Positions 48,900-59,000 of a stretch of 60,583 nucleotides of DNA are shown in pieces. Every line of letters begins with the position of its first letter. Position 1 is the first letter of the stretch. Position numbers and translations under genes: made by a program. The notes under the pieces were generated by a model. That model saw nothing but the letters and a program-made list of their open reading frames with translations. It was not told where the DNA came from and did no database searches. Origin of the DNA: an uncultured Bacteroidales bacterium (GTDB lineage Bacteria; Bacteroidota; Bacteroidia; Bacteroidales; ML635J-15); contig CAYQMB010000004.1 of assembly GCA_964418565.1 (NCBI GenBank), positions 1 through 60,583 on the forward strand, written 5' to 3'.

Positions 48900-49923
48900 T
48901 ATTTTTTAGTTTATCAACATAAGATGGTAATTCCTGAACGAATTTTTTTACGGTTTCGTGTATGCTCAGGTGAGATTCTCCTCCAGCTGCATTAACATGC
49001 CCGCCACCATTAAAATGACGCGCAGAAAATTCATTGGCCGGAAAATCACCTATGGAGCGAAATGATATCTTAACGTAGTCTTCTTTTTCAAGAAAAAAAG
49101 CAGAAAAGACAGTGTCCTGAATCGAAAGCGGGTGATTTACAAAACCTTCGGTATCCCCGGCTTTAAAATTGTAGGCATCCTGCTCTTCTTTGGTAAGCAC
49201 AATGAAAGCAGTATTGTAATCCGGCAGGTGTTGCATTTTTTCTTTCAAAGCATGCCCCAGAAAACGCATGCGATCAAACGAGTAATTATTATATACCCGG
49301 GCAAAAACCTTGTCCTTGTCAATGCCTGCTTTCAGCAAACTGGCAACGGTTTCAAATGTTTCCGGACGGGATGAATTGTGACTGAATCCGCCGGTATCAG
49401 TCATAATCCCGGCATAAAGGCATTCGCCCATATCTTTATCTAACATTTCTGACCAGCCGCTTTTATGTATGAACTGATAAACTAGCTCTGAGGTGCTGCT
49501 TGGCTCGGTGCTTGAGATAATGGTATCAGCAAAATTTCCCGGATTGGGATGATGGTCAATCAAAAGGCTCCTGCAGCTTAATTTGCGAATCTCCGGTTCC
49601 ATCCAGTCGGTGCGGTTTAGCACATTGAAATCAAGTAATATCAATAGCTCTGTATTCTGTAGCGCCTTAAGTGTTTGTGCTTTATCCCGGGAGCCGATGA
49701 TGACATCCCCGTGTCCTTTCATCCAGCTTAGAAAATCCGGGTAGGGACTGGGTGCAATGACCTGAACCTTTTTGCCGAGTTTCTTTAGAAGCAAATACAT
49801 GCCCAGAGATGCTCCAAGTGCATCTCCATCCGGATTGTGATGCATGACGATGGTGATGCTGTCTGATGCCTCAATATCAGCCTTGCTTTTACGGATTAAT
49901 TTCTCTGTAATTGAATATTCCAT
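48886..49923 (-). CDS. nrnA: DHH/DHHA1 bifunctional oligoribonuclease / PAP phosphatase
   Basis: HHNPDGDALG, LDFN, IDHH, GIMTDTGGF, KISFRS, GGGHVNAAG. Confidence 0.9.
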   Translation of the reverse strand: MEYSITEKLIRKSKADIEASDSITIVMHHNPDGDALGASLGMYLLLKKLGKKVQVIAPSPYPDFLSWMKGHGDVIIGSRDKAQTLKALQNTELLILLDFNVLNRTDWMEPEIRKLSCRSLLIDHHPNPGNFADTIISSTEPSSTSELVYQFIHKSGWSEMLDKDMGECLYAGIMTDTGGFSHNSSRPETFETVASLLKAGIDKDKVFARVYNNYSFDRMRFLGHALKEKMQHLPDYNTAFIVLTKEEQDAYNFKAGDTEGFVNHPLSIQDTVFSAFFLEKEDYVKISFRSIGDFPANEFSARHFNGGGHVNAAGGESHLSIHETVKKFVQELPSYVDKLKNNETD

Positions 49924-49992
49924 TTGATGGATTCTGAGTTAACTCACAAATATAATGGTAGCTCGCTTTAATTGCAAATGCCTGATTGGGAT

Positions 49993-50283
49993 TCATTTTA
50001 ATATAACATCACGAATTACTTCCCGTCCGAGTTTCTCATTGACACGCTTAATGAGGGTTTTGCGCTGGTTGTTCAGCTCGTATCGCAACACGGGGGATGT
50101 AATATGGACATACAATACATCATCCCTGAAGTACAGGCGGGATGTGTAGCGTGATGCATTTGGGCCCACAATTTCTGACCAGACCTGTCGTGCATGCACT
50201 TTGTCCAGCTCCTTGTTTAAATTGTACTTGTCTTTTATGGTTCGGATGACTTCCGATAAATTTTGTGTTTTCTGACGGCGCAT
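49993..50283 (-). CDS. dciA: DUF721 / DciA replicative-helicase loader family
   Basis: About 96 aa; W..IVG..A..YT..LYF...VLYV..TSPVLR.EL. Start moved to ATG 50283. Confidence 0.8.
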   Translation of the reverse strand: MRRQKTQNLSEVIRTIKDKYNLNKELDKVHARQVWSEIVGPNASRYTSRLYFRDDVLYVHITSPVLRYELNNQRKTLIKRVNEKLGREVIRDVILK

Positions 50284-50317
50284 ACCACAAACGTATTTTA
50301 GTGCAATGTACAAAATT

Positions 50318-51073
50318 TTATGATACAATGCGCTTGATGACGCTCAGTGTATGGCTGTATCGCTTGATTTCCTGATTGTATATTCCGGAGTGATCAAGCA
50401 GGTCAATTCTCGCCTTTCCGCTGGCATGAATGATGTGTTTATCATCCAGAATTATGCCGACATGAATAATGCGTCCCTTGGTGTTTTCGAAAAATGCAAG
50501 GTCGCCGGCTTTTGCGTCATGACGAAAACAAACAGTTTCGCCGTGTTCTATTTGCATAGAGGCATCCCGTGGTAAATAAATATCATGCATGCGGTAGACC
50601 AGCTGGACATACCCTGAACAATCCATACCAAAGGGTGACTTTCCACCCCAGAGATAGGGCGTATTTAAAAACAACTTACAGCTTTCGGTTAAACTTCGCT
50701 TCGTGTTTTGATTTGTGTTGAGTGTATACCAGTCCCCTTCAAACGCAAATTTGCCATGCTCATCCGGGCGGGGAATGACAGCTCCTGCGGGGATGTATGA
50801 CCGGCTACCATCTGGCAATGTAATCTCATTGATAATCTCTTGCAGTACGATCAGCTTAGTGCTGGGAATATCTGCCTCATTTACCTCACAGGACATGCTC
50901 TTGTCTATCCACCCCTCGTAATCATCATGCAATGAGCGGATATATAGCCAGTTGCCTCGCTTTTGCATGATCTCGTAACTTTCCCCGAAAATGAGTTGAT
51001 TGATTTGCTCGCTGCGCTCATTGGCTGATGCCCTGACAGGGATTATGCTTAGCTTCGTTATGCCTGTTTTCAT
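50318..51073 (-). CDS. SH3 + NlpC/P60 (C40) peptidase
   Basis: SEQINQLIFGE SH3b-like region; PYLWGG, DCSG (Cys), HVGI (His), IHAS. Confidence 0.9.
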   Translation of the reverse strand: MKTGITKLSIIPVRASANERSEQINQLIFGESYEIMQKRGNWLYIRSLHDDYEGWIDKSMSCEVNEADIPSTKLIVLQEIINEITLPDGSRSYIPAGAVIPRPDEHGKFAFEGDWYTLNTNQNTKRSLTESCKLFLNTPYLWGGKSPFGMDCSGYVQLVYRMHDIYLPRDASMQIEHGETVCFRHDAKAGDLAFFENTKGRIIHVGIILDDKHIIHASGKARIDLLDHSGIYNQEIKRYSHTLSVIKRIVS

Positions 51074-51226
51074 GAATTTATTTCAATATGTGCTAACAAA
51101 AACCTATATTTACCTGATAATTTCAGGTAAAGCTGAAATGTGAAAATATTGAAATATCGAACCAATAATGGCTGGGCTGTTGATTATTTTTCAACACCGC
51201 AGTGTTAAGAGGAAAGTGATTATACC

Positions 51227-53377
51227 ATGAGGAAGTCATCATCGGGTTTTAAAAAGCGGTTTTTATCTGTATATATTGTTTTATTGTTCTTGCTGGTTTA
51301 CGGGACAATTGTTTATCTGTATCCCAGGGAACGAAAGTTTGCGTATGAATTTCAACGTGGCGCACCATGGACACATGAGGATCTGATTGCAAATTACGAT
51401 TTTCCCATATACAAATCCAACGCCGAAATTGAAGCAGAAACCGATAGCGTTCGCAACAGTTTCAACCCGTATTACCTGAAAGATACATCTGTTCCAAAGA
51501 CAAACTTGTCTGGTTTCCGCGATGAATACCGTAAAGTATGGAGTGAATTCAGGGCAAAGGAGCAGCGTAAAGAGAAGTTTTTTACCTTGTCTGCAAATAC
51601 TGCGAAAGATGTTCGGTTAAAAGATGAACTCGAGCAGGCGTGGGTGCAGATGTTTGACAGTTTATGGAATGCCGGTGTTATTCGCCCGGACAGCCTGAAC
51701 AATGAGGGGGGATTTCGCATACTCAGATCAGGAACATCCCGGCCCGCCTCATTGGAGGACGTGATAAGCCTGAATGAGGCAAAGCAGATTGTCGCAAAAG
51801 GCCCGGAAATCCAAGGACAAAGCAGCCGTGAAGACTCCGTTATTCGAGCCCTTGTCAGTATGGTGGACGCTGAAAGGTTCATGAAACCCAACTTGTTGTA
51901 TGACAGTGAAACCAATCAGAGCATCCTGAAGGAGCGGATTGACAACATTTCCCTGACAAGAGGAATGGTGCAAAAAGGTGAGTTGATCATTCAGGAGGGG
52001 GGAATTGTTGATGGGGAAACCTACATGATTCTTACAAGCCTCAAACGTGAATATGAAAACTCAGCCAATGTTACACGCAAAGGGCTTCTGATTTTTGGCA
52101 TTGCATTGTTGTATGCTGCCCTGGCACTGGTATTGTACGGGTTCTTGCGGACATTTAAACCCAAAATCCTGCGATCAACAAAGAAAATCACTTTTGTCAT
52201 GTTGCAGGTGCTGTTTTTTATGCTGCTTATCATTGTCATAGCACGCTTTACAAATCTTTCGGTTTACCTGATACCATTTGCTATGGTGCCAATGGTAATA
52301 AACACGTTTTATGACAGTCGCACAGCCCTTTTTGTGCACATTGTTATCATTCTGATGGCTGGATTCCTGGCCCCGAATGGGTTTGAATTTGTCCTTCTGC
52401 AAATGTTTGCAGGAATAGTAGCTGTGTTTAGCCTTACCAATATCCAAAAACGAAAGCAGTTGTTTATTACCAGCTTTTATGTGTTGCTGAGTTACGCCAT
52501 GACCTATTTTGCACTGCAGATGTTATACGGGAATGGAATAAAACATCTTGAGTGGATGGATTTTGCCTGGTTTGGTGGGAATGCTGCCCTCTTGTTGTTT
52601 ACCCTTCCGATGATATATGCCTATGAAAAACTTTTTGGCTTTGTCTCCGATGTTACGCTTATGGAACTGGCAGATACCAACAATCCATTGCTGAGGCAAC
52701 TGGCTGAAAAGGCACCGGGAACCTTCCAGCACTCCATTCAGGTTGGAAACCTCGCCGAAGCTGTAGCCCGTGAAATTGGAGGTAACCCTCTACTCGTGAG
52801 GACAGGCGCATTGTATCATGATATCGGAAAAGCCGCAACACCGCATTACTTTGTTGAAAATCAGAGTGGTCAAAATCCGCATGATAATATGAATTTTGAT
52901 GAAAGTGCCCGTGTGATTATTTCTCATGTGGAAACCGGTGAAAAAATGGCCCGCAAAGCAAGATTGCCCGAACAGGTGATTGATTTTATTAAAACGCATC
53001 ACGGTCGTAGCAGAGCTGAATATTTTTACAGATCATTTGTCAATGAGCACGGGGAAAATGAGGTGGATGAAAACAAATTTACCTACCCGGGGCCACGCCC
53101 CAAAAACATCGAAAATGCCATCCTGATGATGGCCGATTCTGTCGAGGCAGCTACCAGATCATTGAAAGATTATAATGAGCAAAATATCCGGAATATGGTT
53201 AACCGTGTCATTGACAATCAACGGGATGCCGGTCAGTTTGAAAATGTGGATATCACCTTTAGGATGATTACCAAGGCAAAACGGGTCTTTACCGAAAAAT
53301 TGCTGAGTATTTATCACGCCAGAATAGAATACCCTGAGCTCAATAAAAAGAAAAAGGATAAAAGCAAAAAGCAATAA
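51227..53377 (+). CDS. 7TM-HD (HDIG) membrane phosphohydrolase, PgpH-like c-di-AMP phosphodiesterase candidate
   Basis: Extracellular 7TMR-HDED region, 7 TM, APGTFQHS, LYHDIGK, THHG, YPGPRP, MADSVEAA. Confidence 0.88.
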   Translation: MRKSSSGFKKRFLSVYIVLLFLLVYGTIVYLYPRERKFAYEFQRGAPWTHEDLIANYDFPIYKSNAEIEAETDSVRNSFNPYYLKDTSVPKTNLSGFRDEYRKVWSEFRAKEQRKEKFFTLSANTAKDVRLKDELEQAWVQMFDSLWNAGVIRPDSLNNEGGFRILRSGTSRPASLEDVISLNEAKQIVAKGPEIQGQSSREDSVIRALVSMVDAERFMKPNLLYDSETNQSILKERIDNISLTRGMVQKGELIIQEGGIVDGETYMILTSLKREYENSANVTRKGLLIFGIALLYAALALVLYGFLRTFKPKILRSTKKITFVMLQVLFFMLLIIVIARFTNLSVYLIPFAMVPMVINTFYDSRTALFVHIVIILMAGFLAPNGFEFVLLQMFAGIVAVFSLTNIQKRKQLFITSFYVLLSYAMTYFALQMLYGNGIKHLEWMDFAWFGGNAALLLFTLPMIYAYEKLFGFVSDVTLMELADTNNPLLRQLAEKAPGTFQHSIQVGNLAEAVAREIGGNPLLVRTGALYHDIGKAATPHYFVENQSGQNPHDNMNFDESARVIISHVETGEKMARKARLPEQVIDFIKTHHGRSRAEYFYRSFVNEHGENEVDENKFTYPGPRPKNIENAILMMADSVEAATRSLKDYNEQNIRNMVNRVIDNQRDAGQFENVDITFRMITKAKRVFTEKLLSIYHARIEYPELNKKKKDKSKKQ

Positions 53378-53421
53378 TTTGTGCATATTTGTGTTTCATT
53401 CATGTAATATGAAAAGATTTT

Positions 53422-55905
53422 GTGATGGTTAGATGGCTTGGGCTTGTTTTTATATCTCTGCTAAGCAGCAGTATGCTTTTAGGGCAGCATTCGGTGAACG
53501 TAAACGGCCGGGTTATGGATGAAATGCAGAAACCTCTCCCTTATGCCAATATTGTGGTTGAAGGGCAGCCTCAGGGAGCCAGCAGCGATGAAAGCGGCCA
53601 TTTTTCCTTTTCCGTGATGACAGAGGATTCCCTTTATCTTACCATCAGTAGCCTGGGGTATAAAGATAAGCAATTAGGCTTTTCAACAAAGGGTGAGCGT
53701 GAACTTGAAGTTAATGTGGTGTTGGAGTTGGAGGTAAACCAATTGCCTACTGCTACTATTGAGGATAAATATGCCCGCAAAAGCGGCCTCACTCGCCTGA
53801 ACCCGAAAACACTGGAAACCCTCCCCAATACCGGTAGCTTTGAAGCTATTCTGAAAACCCTGCCCGGCGTAGCCTCCAACAACGAAATGAGCTCTCAGTA
53901 TCGTGTCAGAGGCGGAAACTTTGACGAGAATCTGGTGTATGTGAACGATGTACAGATTTACCGGCCGTTCCTGGTTCGTTCGGGGCAGCAGGAGGGACTG
54001 AGCTTTGTCAATTCCGACCTGGTTTCTTCTGTGATTTTTTCGGCTGGCGGGTTTAATGCAACTTACGGTGATAAATTGTCAAGCGTGCTTGATATCAAAT
54101 ACAAAAAACCCACCGAAAATGCAGCCGGTTTCTCTGCAAGTATGCTCGGCGGAAGCCTTTACGCTGAGGGAAGAAATAAAAACGGCTTGTTTTCATACCT
54201 TGTCGGGGCACGTTACAAAACAAACAAATACCTGCTGGGCAGCCTCGATACAGAAGGCCAGTATGACCCTGACTTTTCAGATGTGCAAACATGGCTGTCC
54301 TACGATTTCAGCGACCGCTTTGAAGTATCCTTTCTCGGCCATCTTGGCCAGAATACCTATCGCTTTGTTCCCGAAGACAGAGAAACTTCTTTCGGGACAA
54401 TCAACGAAGCGTATAAACTTAATATCTACTTTGACGGGCAGGAGAAAAACGCATTTACAAACGGTACCGGTGCCTTTACAGGTCGGTATCACCGTGGTGA
54501 TGACCTTGAGCTTAAATTTATTGCCAGTGGTTTTTTTACACGCGAAAAGGAGCGTTTCGACATCCTTGGCCAATATTACCTCAATAATCTGGAAAATAAC
54601 CTGGGTGAAGAAGATCTGGGCGACAGCATTTCCAATGTCGGCGTAGGCAGTTTTCTGAACCATGCAAACAATACCCTTGATGCCGCCGTGTTTAGCTTTA
54701 ACCATAAAGGTGAATACCGCATTGACGGGCACAGGCTATTCTGGGGTGCCGAATACCAGTTTGAAGACATCGATTATAAGTTGCACGAATGGAATATGAT
54801 TGATTCTGCCGGGTATTCGTTGCCTTATAGTGATGAAGAGGTATTGCTCTATTTTACCGACACCTCCAATTTTGATGTGTATTCCCACCGCATGAGCTTT
54901 TACGTCATGGATGAATATGATTTTACCATAGATAGTGCTGAAATTGGTCTTACCGGTGGCGTGAGGGGTAATTACTGGTCATTCAACGAGCAGTTTGTTT
55001 TTTCCCCAAGGGCAGCAGTATCATTGAAACCTCACTGGGAAAAAAATGTTATCCTGCGCCTTTCCGGAGGCCTGTATCATCAGCCACCTTTCTTTAAAGA
55101 ATTCATCCGCCGCGACGGTAGCCTGAATAAGGATATTGAAGCACAATCTTCTGCCCAGGTAGTGCTGGGTGGTGATTACCTTTTTACTGCCTGGGACAGA
55201 CCGTTTAAGCTTGTGGCTGAAGCTTATTACAAGCACATGTACAACCTTATACCCTACGAAATTGATAACGTGAGAATCCGGTACTATGGCGAAAATATGG
55301 CCAAAGGGTATGCCACCGGAATTGATATTAAACTCAACGGGGAGTTTGTTAAAGGAACGGAATCCTGGTTTAGCTTCTCTCTGATGCGGGCCCGCGAAGA
55401 TATTGAAGGTGACTTTTACGTTAACTGGTATGATGAAGATGGTGAGCAGGTTTTTGATGAAAATGATGCAGCCACAGCGGATACGGTTTTCCCGGGATAC
55501 TTGCCGCGACCCTCAGATCAACGTATTACAGCAGCTATATTTTTCCAGGATTACCTGCCCGGAAACCCAACCTGGAAAGCCCACCTGAACCTGGTATATG
55601 GCACAGGCCTGCCTTTTGGTCCTCCCAACAGCGAACGCTATATGGCTACCGGTAGACTTCCTGATTACCGCCGCGTTGATTTGGGGATATCCAAACAAAT
55701 TGTTACCGCTAAAACCGAATTTTCAGATACCAGCCCCTTGCGCTTTATTAAAGATTTCTGGATCAGCGTGGAAGTGTTTAATCTGCTGGATATCAATAAT
55801 ACCATATCTCACATCTGGATATCAGACATTTACGGTCGCCAGTATGCCATTCCCAATTACCTTACCGGCCGCCGCTTCAACCTGAAAATTAATATGAAAT
55901 TTTAA
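53422..55905 (+). CDS. TonB-dependent receptor-like OM protein with carboxypeptidase-regulatory-like N-domain
   Basis: Signal peptide; GRV.D...PLPYANI; plug motif YRVRGGNFDENLVYVND; GGFNATYGDKLSSVLDI; terminal barrel strand ending in F. Confidence 0.85.
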   Translation: MMVRWLGLVFISLLSSSMLLGQHSVNVNGRVMDEMQKPLPYANIVVEGQPQGASSDESGHFSFSVMTEDSLYLTISSLGYKDKQLGFSTKGERELEVNVVLELEVNQLPTATIEDKYARKSGLTRLNPKTLETLPNTGSFEAILKTLPGVASNNEMSSQYRVRGGNFDENLVYVNDVQIYRPFLVRSGQQEGLSFVNSDLVSSVIFSAGGFNATYGDKLSSVLDIKYKKPTENAAGFSASMLGGSLYAEGRNKNGLFSYLVGARYKTNKYLLGSLDTEGQYDPDFSDVQTWLSYDFSDRFEVSFLGHLGQNTYRFVPEDRETSFGTINEAYKLNIYFDGQEKNAFTNGTGAFTGRYHRGDDLELKFIASGFFTREKERFDILGQYYLNNLENNLGEEDLGDSISNVGVGSFLNHANNTLDAAVFSFNHKGEYRIDGHRLFWGAEYQFEDIDYKLHEWNMIDSAGYSLPYSDEEVLLYFTDTSNFDVYSHRMSFYVMDEYDFTIDSAEIGLTGGVRGNYWSFNEQFVFSPRAAVSLKPHWEKNVILRLSGGLYHQPPFFKEFIRRDGSLNKDIEAQSSAQVVLGGDYLFTAWDRPFKLVAEAYYKHMYNLIPYEIDNVRIRYYGENMAKGYATGIDIKLNGEFVKGTESWFSFSLMRAREDIEGDFYVNWYDEDGEQVFDENDAATADTVFPGYLPRPSDQRITAAIFFQDYLPGNPTWKAHLNLVYGTGLPFGPPNSERYMATGRLPDYRRVDLGISKQIVTAKTEFSDTSPLRFIKDFWISVEVFNLLDINNTISHIWISDIYGRQYAIPNYLTGRRFNLKINMKF

Positions 55906-56080
55906 GAGGGGTAGTGTGCTGCCTTCAGATTTTCAACCTTCTTGATATGAATGTTGTTTTTGCGAGCGCCTTAATGTCAGGCGTGTGCGCCGGAAAAGAG
56001 CATCATCAAAATCAAAAATATACCTGTATTTTCATGAGCGATAAGTTGATGTTATAACTAAATTGAGATTAAACAAACGT

Positions 56081-59000
56081 TTATTTTACACTAGCCTCCA
56101 CAATATCAATTTCATCGTCAGTTAAGCCATACAGCTCATACACAAGACGGTCAATTTCTTGCTCTAAGGCGGTGGTGTCAGTATTGTTTTTCTTAAGGTT
56201 TATTATTTTATTTGACTTGTCATCAATTTCTAAAACTAATTCACGATTGAATGATTTGCTTACAGGAATAATCTCAAGAATAGCGGGTTTGATTTGTGCT
56301 AATGTTCTTTTTTCTTCCATTGAAATTAAACGATAAAAATATGTGATTAGTTTAGAATTAAGAAACCCAATTAAAAATTCGTTACTGTAAATTCCATTAG
56401 ATGACAGTATAAAAATTCCATCTGTTGGATATAATTTATTGTAGTCAATGGAAACCGAGATTCTATCACTTGTTATCACACCAAGAATTTTACTGGGTTT
56501 TGTGAATATTTTTTGACTTCTAGCCCTATGTAAAGACCAAAAAGGATGTTTTCCTTGTTTTACTTCTCTACAATTTATGGAGTTTTTGAATCTTTCAAGA
56601 TAGTTAATAATGTTGGGTATTTTTGATTCATCATGAGTCTTCCTTGTATAAATTACATTCTTATCAATATCATGAACAAGGTATTTCTTTATGTCTCTGC
56701 CACCTGTAACAGTGGGAAATACATGAGCTAATTCAAGATTTTCATTTTTTATTGTCTGATTATCCACAATAAATGCTTGTTTTAAATCAGGACTTACTCC
56801 TCTTTGAATGCCATCTTCATCAATTAATTCATTGAGATTTGCTTCATTAAATCTTGAGATTATTTTGTAGCCATTTAAGTTTTTTGTAGCAAAAACGTAA
56901 TTTGGTAAAGTTTTAAAAATATTCGATTTTATAATAGTATTTGTAATTTGATTAATGCTTAATTTGGTTTTTTTACGATACTCAAAAACATTAGTTATGC
57001 TGTTAAAATATTTATCTTTAGCTATTACAATTATGCATGAAGGCCTTGCTACATCTTCAAAAATGTTATCTCCAAGGTTGACAGCCACACACAAATGATA
57101 CTCTTCAATTATTTTTTTACGAAGTTTCTTGTTGTCTATTTGATACAATAGTACGTCTGGTACTATTTGAGAAATAATCGCATTATTAGATGTAATTTTA
57201 AAACTTAAGTTTATAAAAAACATAAATGTATCAATCATGCGGACAATTATTTCTGAGTTCTCAGATTTGATTTTAATTAATTTATCCTGAGACAGTTTTA
57301 CACCCCATGGCGGATTCCCAATCACCACATCAAAGCCCACAAAATCACCGTCATCGTTGAGTACTTCGGGGAATTCAAAGCGCCACTCAAATGCATTTTT
57401 GTAAATTTTGTTTGTGCGTATGGCTTCAATTTCCTTTTCCAGCTTTTGAATGGATGTGGCAAGTTTATCCAGCTTTTTGTTCCACTCTGTTTTTTCCTTT
57501 TTTGATTTGTCAAAAAGCTGGGTTTGGTTGTGCATGGCAAACATTTCACCTTTTAACTTATTACGCTTGATAACCCGTTTGTCATTGGCCGCAATTTCGC
57601 TTTCAAATTCATCTTTTATTTGGTCAATAACCCTTTGCATTTCCCTCTTTTGTTCCTTGTTTTTTGCTTTGCGGTAGTTTGCAATATAATTGCGGTATGT
57701 GTCAATATTCCATTTGCTGTTTTTTAGAGCTTTTTTGATGTCAGCATCCAGTGGGTATCGGCTTATCAGCGAATTGCCACACTTAATATTAATGTCAATA
57801 TTCGGCAACGTTTCCAATTCCCGGGTCTTCCCTGAATTAAGGTAGTTTGTGTTTGCTGTTATCCTCTCATGGGGCTCCCCTTTATCTAAATATTGTTTAT
57901 CTGCAGTTCCTTCCCCCTGAGGCTCCCCTCCTTGATCAGGGTAGTTGTCCGTAGTTCCTTCCCCCTGAGGCTCCCCTCCTTCCAAAGGAGGGGTGTCCGA
58001 AGGACGGGGTGGTTTTTTCCCAAACTCACCTTTAATAATCTCCAAAACCGTTTCCTGATTTTCAAAAACCATCCTGTTTTCAAAACGCAGCACAGTAACA
58101 CCAAAATACTTCAAAAATAAATCCCTTTCACGGTCATATTCTTTTGCCTCAGGTGTATTATGCACTTCCCCGTCAAGTTCAATAGCAAGTTTTTCTGATG
58201 GACAGTAGAAATCTACAATATAGTTTCCAATGCTGTGCTGCCTTCTGAATTTCCTGCCTTCAAACTTTTTACCCTGCAGGGTTTTCCAGAGAGTAGCCTC
58301 GGCAGGAGTCATGTTTTTTCTCAGGTTTTTGCGAAATGTTTTTAGGTATGGGAGATTATTGAGTTTTTCATAACCCCTCCGTCCTTCGGACACCTCCCCT
58401 TTATGAGGGGAGGAGCTTTTGTAGTAAGCATTTTTTAGTAGTTCAATCCACAGACGAAGCCGGCAAATTTTTACTGAATTCGGGTTTATGTCAACTCCAA
58501 ACAAGCAATTTTCTATAATGGTTTGTTTTTCATGAAACAAGGTTTCCTGTACTCGTTGACTTTCACGGTTGTTGGGTTTGTACTCAAAGGGCTCGCCATC
58601 TTCATCGGTAACAACCAACTCATCATTGACCACTTCTGCCTGGTATTCTTTCAACCGTTTGCCTTTACGATCTGATAGAATTTTTAAATCGTTTTTTACG
58701 GCAATGATTTCATTGAGTGCTGAAACCAAAAAATGTCCCGATCCTACCGCCGGGTCGCATATTTTTATATTATTAATTATGGCGTTGGCTTCCGCTCTGT
58801 CTGACACTTCAAGTTTATTGTAAATGTCGTCAATGCTTTTGCAATTCCAACCTTTGGTCTCATTGAATTTTTGTACAACTGCCCGCCGTATGGTTTCTTT
58901 GGCCATGTACATGGTAATAAAACCCGGTGTAAAGAATGAGCCTTCTTTGTAACCATTGATTTTTTCAAAAATCAGCCCAAGTACAGAGGCATTTATCAGG

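Noticed and set aside
57821-58417. Intein interpretation of the DUF559 insertion (starts with Ser; an Asn-Ser occurs near the end)
   Set aside because: No HINT blocks (no TxxH, no penultimate His, no beta-rich splicing domain); the flanks are translated DNA palindromes and low-complexity repeats.
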